Of a DNA stretch of 64,000 nt, positions 57,552 to 64,000 are shown in pieces (position 1 is the first letter of the stretch; every line of letters starts with the position of its first letter). The notes below the pieces were generated by a model that saw only the letters and a list, made by a program, of their open reading frames with translations, was not told the origin of the DNA and ran no database searches. This stretch comes from Candidatus Saccharicenans sp. (GTDB taxonomy: Bacteria > Acidobacteriota > Aminicenantia > Aminicenantales > Saccharicenantaceae): positions 4,128 through 68,127 of the forward strand of contig JBASPX010000078.1 in the NCBI GenBank assembly GCA_049659625.1. The letters run 5' to 3'. The translations under genes were made by a program, and so were the position numbers.

Positions 57552-58745
57552 TTGAAAATGGAAAAACCAAAATACGATTTTGACACAGTGCTTGACCGGC
57601 GAAACACCTGTTCGCTCAAATGGGAATTCTGCGAAAAGGTGCTCGGAGTTCCGGATGTTATCCCGATGTGGGTGGCCGACATGGATTTCCCGGCTCCGCC
57701 GGAAGTGGTCGAAGCGGTGGTGAGGAGAGCTCAGCACGGCGCCTACGGTTATCCCTACATCCCGCGATCGTTCTGGTCAGCCATCATCGACTGGATGAAG
57801 GATCGCCATAACTGGGAAATCAAACGCGAATGGTTATCAAGATGCCACGGAGTCGTCCCGGCCCTTAATATCTGCGTTCAAACCTACACCGCTCCAGGTG
57901 ATAAAATTATCGTCCAGAGTCCAGTTTATTATCCGTTTTTCTCGGCCATAGAAAATAACGGAAGAAGGGTTGTGCGCAACCCCCTCCGCTTTGAAAACGG
58001 CCGCTGGACGATGGATTTTGACGACCTCAGAAAAAAGATTGACCACCGAACCAGAATGCTCATCCTCTGCTCGCCCCACAACCCGGTCGGCCGCGTCTGG
58101 AGACGGGAGGAGCTGGAGCGGCTGGCTGAAATCTGCATCAAGCACGACCTGCTGATCGTCTCGGACGAAATCCATGCCGAGCATGTCTACCGCGGACACA
58201 AGCATATACCCACCGCCTCGCTTTCTCCTGAAGTGGCCTCTCGGACTATCACCCTGACCGCCCCGAGCAAAGCCTTCAACATCGCCGGATTGACCACTTC
58301 GGTGGTTATCATCCCGAATCCGAAACTGATGAACCTCTACCAGACCCAGCTGGAAAACCTCGGGCTTACCGTCAACAACATCTTCGGTCTGGTCGCTCTC
58401 GAAGCCGCTTATAATTATGGAAGAGCCTGGCTTGACGCTCTGGTATTTTATCTCGAAGACAACATGGATTACGCCAGACAGTATTTTGAGGAAAGAATCA
58501 GAAGGATAAAATTCCTGAAGCCTGAAGGAACTTACCTGGCTCTTCTCGACTGCCGCGACCTCGGCCTCCCTCAGAAAGAATTGAATGAATTCTTTCTGAA
58601 AAAAGCCAGAGTTTACTTTGATGAAGGTCCGATTTTCGGCCCTGAGCTTGAAGGGTTTGAGCGCATGAACTTAGCCTGTCCGCGAAAAATACTGACAGAA
58701 GCTCTGTCGAGGATAGAAAAAGCGGTCAACGAGCTTCCCTCCTGA
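57552..58745 (+). CDS. PLP-dependent C-S lyase / aminotransferase class I-II (MalY/PatB-type cystathionine beta-lyase)
   Basis: 397 aa with a PatB-like N-terminus (DFDTVLDRRNTCSLKWE) and a PLP-lysine region (TAPSKAFNIAG). Confidence 0.8.
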   Translation: MKMEKPKYDFDTVLDRRNTCSLKWEFCEKVLGVPDVIPMWVADMDFPAPPEVVEAVVRRAQHGAYGYPYIPRSFWSAIIDWMKDRHNWEIKREWLSRCHGVVPALNICVQTYTAPGDKIIVQSPVYYPFFSAIENNGRRVVRNPLRFENGRWTMDFDDLRKKIDHRTRMLILCSPHNPVGRVWRREELERLAEICIKHDLLIVSDEIHAEHVYRGHKHIPTASLSPEVASRTITLTAPSKAFNIAGLTTSVVIIPNPKLMNLYQTQLENLGLTVNNIFGLVALEAAYNYGRAWLDALVFYLEDNMDYARQYFEERIRRIKFLKPEGTYLALLDCRDLGLPQKELNEFFLKKARVYFDEGPIFGPELEGFERMNLACPRKILTEALSRIEKAVNELPS

Positions 58746-58887
58746 AAATCTATCGTCAGGCCAGACTGCTTGGCTGACCTCTGCAGCTGCCCCCATCTGT
58801 CATCTTTAAGCCGGGAGTCAGCAACGGTCTCGCCTGCTGATTAACCTTAAACTCACTCGACTTTTTTATTTCGGTTATAATTGAAAC

Positions 58888-59622
58888 ATGAAGCTGCCTT
58901 ATGTGATCTCGGGTGATTCCCTGGGCCGTCAGCGGTTTTATATCGTCCTGTCCAGCCCGGAAAATCAAGAAAACATCGGACTCGTGGCCAGAGCCATGAA
59001 AAATACCGGTTTTTCTTATCTGAGAATAGCCGGTGTTGAGAAGCTCGAGCCCGAGGCTTTCCGCACAGCCATTCACTCCGCTGACATCCTGAAAAAAGCC
59101 TCGTTTTTCCCGACGCTGGAAGAGGCGGTGGCCGACCTAAACCTGGTGCTGGCGTCGACGGCCAGAAAGAGAAAAGCCTTCAGGATATTCACACTGGACG
59201 AAGCCGTAGTAAAAATAAAAAGCTTTCCTCAGGAAACAAAAATCGGTCTGGTCTTCGGCAATGAAAGAACTGGACTCAGCGATAAAGAATTGCGCCTGGC
59301 GAATTTTGTGTATTTCATCCCTCAGGCTCAGAGACAACCTTCCTACAATCTGGCCGCTGCCGTTTTGATCACTCTTTATTCGCTCTTCCGCCAGTCAGGA
59401 AGTCAACCTGTTGCTCAGGCCCCTCCACCTCTTCCCCGTAAAGAACAGGAGGATTGCATAAAGTTGATCCTGTCCAAGCTGGAAAAACGCGGTTTCATGC
59501 ATGAAACCAACCGGGAACACGTGACCAGCCTCCTTTATGACCTGTTTGGACGACTCACCCTGTCAGAGCGCGACCGCCGCTTCCTGACCGCAGTTTTCCA
59601 TAAGGGTCTTAAGGAAGATTAA
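58888..59622 (+). CDS. SpoU/TrmH-family RNA 2'-O-methyltransferase (TrmJ-like)
   Basis: 244 aa SPOUT pattern (ENIGLVARAMKNTGF...VFGNERTGLS). Confidence 0.75.
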   Translation: MKLPYVISGDSLGRQRFYIVLSSPENQENIGLVARAMKNTGFSYLRIAGVEKLEPEAFRTAIHSADILKKASFFPTLEEAVADLNLVLASTARKRKAFRIFTLDEAVVKIKSFPQETKIGLVFGNERTGLSDKELRLANFVYFIPQAQRQPSYNLAAAVLITLYSLFRQSGSQPVAQAPPPLPRKEQEDCIKLILSKLEKRGFMHETNREHVTSLLYDLFGRLTLSERDRRFLTAVFHKGLKED

Positions 59623-59659
59623 ATTCTGCGGATATCATAAAAATATTCAGGAGAAAGTC

Positions 59660-60073
59660 ATGGAAAAAGAATCGGGCAAAGAAAAAAGGTTTGTGCTCGG
59701 GCTGGTGATAATTGCGGTGATAAATCTGTTTGTAGCTCTGATGACTATTGGCTTCTGGGCCGGCCATCTTCTGGCCAACCGCTTTCCTAAAACTCTCCCT
59801 GTTCCGGATAACCTTTACAACGCCTTCGCCATACCTGACCTGGCGATGTCAGTGTTTCTGACCATCAGCTTTTTCGGACTTCTGCGATTCAAAAAGACCG
59901 GATACGTTTGCGCTCTGGTCGGGCTGGGGATGTGGTTTTTCGATGTTTTGCTGGTGACCGGACTTGTAGGACTGTTCAAGGTGAGCATCGTCATTCCGAG
60001 TCTGTTGTTCTGCCTGTGGGCCATCTACTATTTATGGGCAAAAAGAAAGATTTTCCAGCTTTTCGCCGATTAA
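59660..60073 (+). CDS. Hypothetical integral membrane protein (137 aa, 4 TM)
   Basis: CAGGAGAAAG RBS and four hydrophobic segments. Confidence 0.45.
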   Translation: MEKESGKEKRFVLGLVIIAVINLFVALMTIGFWAGHLLANRFPKTLPVPDNLYNAFAIPDLAMSVFLTISFFGLLRFKKTGYVCALVGLGMWFFDVLLVTGLVGLFKVSIVIPSLLFCLWAIYYLWAKRKIFQLFAD

Positions 60074-60221
60074 ACATCACTCATCCGGGACAAAAAAACC
60101 AGCGTCAGGAAGAATGTCTCAGAAAATTTCCGTTGCCTTTGAGCTTTATCTCGGAGATAATTCTAAACCGCGCTGACCGAGCTCAATCTTCCGGTCAGCG
60201 GTTCATAAGAGCGAGCGAAAC

Positions 60222-61562
60222 ATGATCAGGGCAAGGCTTAACACTTTCGACGTGACCATGATCGTGGTCAGCCTGGTTATCGGCATTGGCATTTTTCGCA
60301 CGCCGGCGATGGTGGCCTCGGCCACCCGGAGTCCTCTTCTGTTTTTTGTGGCCTGGGTAGCCGGCGGGTTGATAACCATGCTCGGAGCTCTCACCTTTGC
60401 CGAAATTGGCGGGAGATTTCCCCAGCCAGGTTCTTACTACAGAGTTGTGGCTGTCAGCTACAGCTCTCTGGCGGCATTTCTTCTGAACTGGGCCAACATC
60501 TTCATCATAAACACCGCCAGCGCGGCCGGAGTGGCTCTCATCGGCGCGGAATATCTCAGCCCGATCATCCTGCCGGAGAAAGCCCGCACCCCCGGCAACA
60601 TACTGCTGCTGGCTTTTTCTATGGTTATCGTTCTACTCGTGCTGAACTACATCGGCATTAAATCTGGCGCCCGGACACAGAACCTCCTGAGTCTCTCCAA
60701 AATTATCCTGATTTTAGTCCTGGCGCTGGCCGGCCCTCTCAGCCGCCAGAGTTCACCGGAAATCAGACAGGCAGCCCTTGAAGTTCAAAATCCCTGGTGG
60801 CTGGCGCTCGGGCTGGGATTCATTTCGGTGTTTTTCAGTTACGGCGGTTACCAGCAGACGATAAACCTGGGAGCAGACCTTAAAGATTCCAGCCGGAACC
60901 TTCCCCGGGCGGTTATCTATGGCATGCTTATCGTCATCTCCTGCTATCTTCTGGTCAACCTGGCTTACTGGCGGGTGCTCGGCCTGCCCGGAATGAGTTC
61001 GGCCAGCCTGGTGGCGGCGGAGACAGCCCGGGTGGTTTTTGGAGAGGCCGGCTACAGATTTGTCTCAATAGCCATCTTCCTTTCCGCCCTCGGTTTTCTC
61101 AACGCCATATTGATGCAGCTGCCGCGTGCCTGCCTGGCGATGGCCGAAGACCGGACGCTTCCGGCCTTTTTCCGGAAGGTCAACCCCAGAACGCAGGTCC
61201 AGGAATACGGCCTGCTTTTCCTGGGAGGATTTATCCTGCTGAGTTTAGGTTTCCTCAGAACCTTTGAGAATATAGTCAATTACGTGATGTTCCTGGACAG
61301 TCTGGGCATCGCCGTGGTCGCTTCCACCATTTTCGTCCTCCGGAGAAAAGCCAGAAAATCTTCGACGCCTTATGATGGTTTCCGCCTTCCTTTTTATCCT
61401 GTGCTTCCAGCCATTTTCATCTTTTTCCTGCTCAGCATCACCGTCAGCGTGCTGACCTCGAAGCCGCAGCAGGCTCTCCTCGGTTCGATTTTTCTTCTGG
61501 CGGGAATCCCGCTTTTCCTGATAATGCGCCGTCTTGCCGGAAATAAGCTGCCTTCAGACTGA
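60222..61562 (+). CDS. APC-family amino acid permease
   Basis: 446 aa, 12 TM, APC pattern (...FAEIGGRFPQPGSYY...). Confidence 0.8.
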   Translation: MIRARLNTFDVTMIVVSLVIGIGIFRTPAMVASATRSPLLFFVAWVAGGLITMLGALTFAEIGGRFPQPGSYYRVVAVSYSSLAAFLLNWANIFIINTASAAGVALIGAEYLSPIILPEKARTPGNILLLAFSMVIVLLVLNYIGIKSGARTQNLLSLSKIILILVLALAGPLSRQSSPEIRQAALEVQNPWWLALGLGFISVFFSYGGYQQTINLGADLKDSSRNLPRAVIYGMLIVISCYLLVNLAYWRVLGLPGMSSASLVAAETARVVFGEAGYRFVSIAIFLSALGFLNAILMQLPRACLAMAEDRTLPAFFRKVNPRTQVQEYGLLFLGGFILLSLGFLRTFENIVNYVMFLDSLGIAVVASTIFVLRRKARKSSTPYDGFRLPFYPVLPAIFIFFLLSITVSVLTSKPQQALLGSIFLLAGIPLFLIMRRLAGNKLPSD

Positions 61563-61589
61563 GCCGGGGTGCAGGTAGCAGCGCGTATT

Positions 61590-62669
61590 TTACAGGTTGA
61601 ACGAAAATACCAACCCTAAATACGGGTCCCGGCCTTTCTGACCGACAAATTCCTTCGTTCTCTGGACTCCGTAAAAACAGATTCCGGCGTTAACAGAATG
61701 ATAGGCAATGCCAAAAGAAACCTGACCGTAAAGCGGATTTATATCCACCCCGTGGCTCTCCTGGAAAGTGTTTCCCTGAAGAAGCAGGTTCCGCCCGATT
61801 GCTCTACCTTCCACCCGAATAAAGGCATAAACCGAGGTTCTGGCTGCCGGTCCGAGGACAATCCGGTTAAACAGCGGTCCGGCCGAGTAAACTTCAAGCG
61901 TCGGGTCAGCTCGGAAACCGATCTTCAGGTCAAAAACACCGGTGACGGCCGCAAGTAGGTTCCCGGCTTGAGCGCCCAAGCCTGCCCTGATCAGGTGGCT
62001 GAAGTTCTGGCTGGAATTTTTCGAGGCCGAAAGAATCCAGAGCCGGTTAAACCAGAACTCCACCACCGGCTCATTCCGGAGCTGATTTCCCCAGCCCTCA
62101 GGATAGGTCCAGTCAAACGTCCGGTGCAACCAGCGCTGAATGGCACCGGCCAGCGAGAGCGGTCCGACCACACCTACAGCCAGTCCGGCTGAATCCTGAT
62201 AACCCGGGTTGAGCCTGAATAGAGTCAGAGCGGCATAGAGCAACCCGGCATAAGGTCGGTCATCAGGTATCAGTTCCTCAGCGGTCAGATTCCGCGGGGT
62301 GAACATCCCCTGAGCCAGCGATATGGCCGCTTTTCTCAGGTTATCATTAACTCCGGTATCTCTCTTATCGTCACGGCCGAGAATACTATTATTCAATTTC
62401 CACAGCGTTCGCATAAACCCTGACCCGGAATCCCGCCTGAGCCGTGGCGTCAGCCACATGATTTGAACACCGTTGGTATAACCATCATCCTGCTTCAGCC
62501 AGACGTCGTTTTCGACGGAAAAAGAAAAGCTTCCGCGCTCCTTAACCGGAGGTCTGAACTGAGCCTGAAGCAGACCGGACACCAGAAAGAGCAGAAAAAC
62601 AACCGCCCCTGTTTTCTTAAAAATTACAGTCAACGGCCGCGCTTGCGGATGCATCTCTCCTTCAGTCAA
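61590..62669 (-). CDS. Outer-membrane beta-barrel protein, LpxR-family lipid A deacylase-like (DUF2219)
   Basis: Signal peptide. SFSFSVENDVWLKQDDGYTNGVQIMW resembles the LpxR N-terminal signature. Alternating beta-strand pattern to the C-terminus. Confidence 0.45.
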   Translation of the reverse strand: MTEGEMHPQARPLTVIFKKTGAVVFLLFLVSGLLQAQFRPPVKERGSFSFSVENDVWLKQDDGYTNGVQIMWLTPRLRRDSGSGFMRTLWKLNNSILGRDDKRDTGVNDNLRKAAISLAQGMFTPRNLTAEELIPDDRPYAGLLYAALTLFRLNPGYQDSAGLAVGVVGPLSLAGAIQRWLHRTFDWTYPEGWGNQLRNEPVVEFWFNRLWILSASKNSSQNFSHLIRAGLGAQAGNLLAAVTGVFDLKIGFRADPTLEVYSAGPLFNRIVLGPAARTSVYAFIRVEGRAIGRNLLLQGNTFQESHGVDINPLYGQVSFGIAYHSVNAGICFYGVQRTKEFVGQKGRDPYLGLVFSFNL

Positions 62670-62695
62670 TAAACTGAAATTCTAAAAATGCGCTC

Positions 62696-64000
62696 TCAGC
62701 TCGAAGCCACCTTTTCCAGCCGCCGCATGATGCTGAACATAAAAGCCGCGGACAGCAGACAGGCCGCCACCAGGATTGACCACAGCGCCCACAGCGGAAC
62801 TTTCATCCAGAGATAGCCGACGGCCCCAACCAGATAATTTCCGATGGCCGTGGCGGCGAACCAGCCGCCCTGCATCAATCCTTTGTATTTTGGCGGAGCA
62901 ACGCGAGAGACGAAGGAAATTCCCATCGGGCTCAGGAAAAGTTCAGCGATGGTCAGGATGAAATAGGTGCTGATCAGCCAGTAAACCGAAACCAGATATT
63001 CAGGCGGCGCCACCCGGCCTCCGAGCTCCGCCGGGCTGGGCAGCCTCAGGGAAGCGATCACCAGGATGGAAAAAGCCGCGGCCGTCAGCAGCATGCCGAT
63101 GCCGATCTTTCTCGGCGCTGAAGGTTCTTTTCCAATTTTGTTCAGATAACCGAAAAGTCCGATGATGAGCGGCGACAGAGCCACTATGAAGAAGGGGTTG
63201 AAATGCTGAAACCTCTGGGGCTGGAAGGGGCTGACTTCAGGATAGCTCTGATACCGCAGGTAAGTCAGCACGCCGAATATGATAAAAGCCAGGGCGCCGG
63301 CAATCCGACCGCTTCTGGAAACACTCTTTCTGAGCGCAAACACCAGCCCGACAATCGCCAGAAACAGCGGCAGTAGCCCGCCCAGGTCGAACCAGAGGTT
63401 GGTCAATTTATCAACCTGTTTCACTGTATAGTCGCGAGCGAAGTAGGTCATGGTCACGGCTGACTGATGGAAGGCCATCCAGAAGAAAATTACCACCAGA
63501 AACACCAGCCCCAGAGCCACCAGCCGTTCTCTTGTCTGTTCGGGAGTAAGCTCAATAACCTGAGATTTGAGTTCTTCCGACTTTTCTTTCTGCTTTTCTG
63601 TGACATCTGCGTGGCGGTAGTATTTCCTGAAGCCCCAGAAAATGAGCATCGAGGCAATCAAACTCAGGCAGGCCACGCCAAAGCCGAAATGGTAGGATTT
63701 GCTCAGCGTCCCCAGATAGGTCTCGGCAAACTGTCTCAAGCTGTCAGGGGTTATGGCCGGATTCTGTCTCTGAGCCAGTTCCAGCAGCTGGTTTACATCC
63801 TCCAGTTTTCCCGAGAGAAAATCATGGGCCAGAGCCGGTATTCTCGCATCGTAAAAGAAGTTGTTCTTTTTCAGAATGAAATTAGATACCACTTCCGAAG
63901 CCGACGGGGCGAACATCGCTCCGATGTTGATGCCCATGTAAAAAATGGTAAAAGCTCTATCTCTTAGCTGGCTATATTTCGGGTCGTCATAAAGATTGCC
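62696..64000 (-). CDS. POT/PTR2-family proton-dependent oligopeptide transporter (MFS). The N-terminus lies beyond the window.
   Basis: The frame stays open to the window end. ...FTIFYMGINIGAMFAP matches the POT signature (FxIFYMGINxGA). Confidence 0.8.
   Translation of the reverse strand, partial: GNLYDDPKYSQLRDRAFTIFYMGINIGAMFAPSASEVVSNFILKKNNFFYDARIPALAHDFLSGKLEDVNQLLELAQRQNPAITPDSLRQFAETYLGTLSKSYHFGFGVACLSLIASMLIFWGFRKYYRHADVTEKQKEKSEELKSQVIELTPEQTRERLVALGLVFLVVIFFWMAFHQSAVTMTYFARDYTVKQVDKLTNLWFDLGGLLPLFLAIVGLVFALRKSVSRSGRIAGALAFIIFGVLTYLRYQSYPEVSPFQPQRFQHFNPFFIVALSPLIIGLFGYLNKIGKEPSAPRKIGIGMLLTAAAFSILVIASLRLPSPAELGGRVAPPEYLVSVYWLISTYFILTIAELFLSPMGISFVSRVAPPKYKGLMQGGWFAATAIGNYLVGAVGYLWMKVPLWALWSILVAACLLSAAFMFSIMRRLEKVASS

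Noticed and set aside
1-64000. Looked for CRISPR arrays, IS elements or transposases, integrases, tRNA or rRNA genes, and toxin-antitoxin or defense islands
   Set aside because: No regularly spaced direct repeats, no transposase or integrase-like ORFs, no tRNA-like T-loop or acceptor signatures in any spacer. Gene content is core metabolism, envelope and peptidases throughout.

Overview
Chromosomal window from a moderately GC-rich Gram-negative bacterium. The VWFA-related Acidobacterial-type VWA protein and the weak Shine-Dalgarno usage hint at an Acidobacteria-like lineage. Coding density is high: about 50 genes, with no rRNA, tRNA, CRISPR, IS or prophage signatures. The main blocks are: (i) secreted peptidases and hydrolases (S9, M1, M14, M29-like, M50, C-N hydrolase); (ii) a complete minus-strand type IV pilus assembly operon pilC-pilB-pilM-pilN-pilO-pilP-pilQ, flanked by a divergent XRE/ImmA-like regulator and a PDZ-containing sensor kinase with a sigma-54-dependent response regulator; (iii) a nitrogen and polyamine block (AdoMet decarboxylase, Lrp, glutamine synthetase) next to a NuoE/NuoF-like flavoprotein module, a HydA/NuoG-N-terminal-like FeS protein and a GltB FMN-domain oxidoreductase, an unusual and possibly electron-bifurcating glutamate-synthase-like complex; (iv) a housekeeping run (trpS, scpAB, ispH, rpsA, IHF/HU, HIT, PpiD-like, OPT transporter); (v) FixAB-type EtfAB with an N-terminal ferredoxin domain. 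Two things are not explained by gene calls. First, two copies (about 85% identical, 40 kb apart) of a GC-rich structured element of roughly 100 nt, each closed by a terminal helix and each about 100 nt upstream of a secreted-protein gene. Second, a Tat-signal protein gene whose reading frame runs through an in-frame TGA followed by a SECIS-like hairpin, a selenoprotein or recoding candidate. Several promoter and operator palindromes and terminators are also noted.
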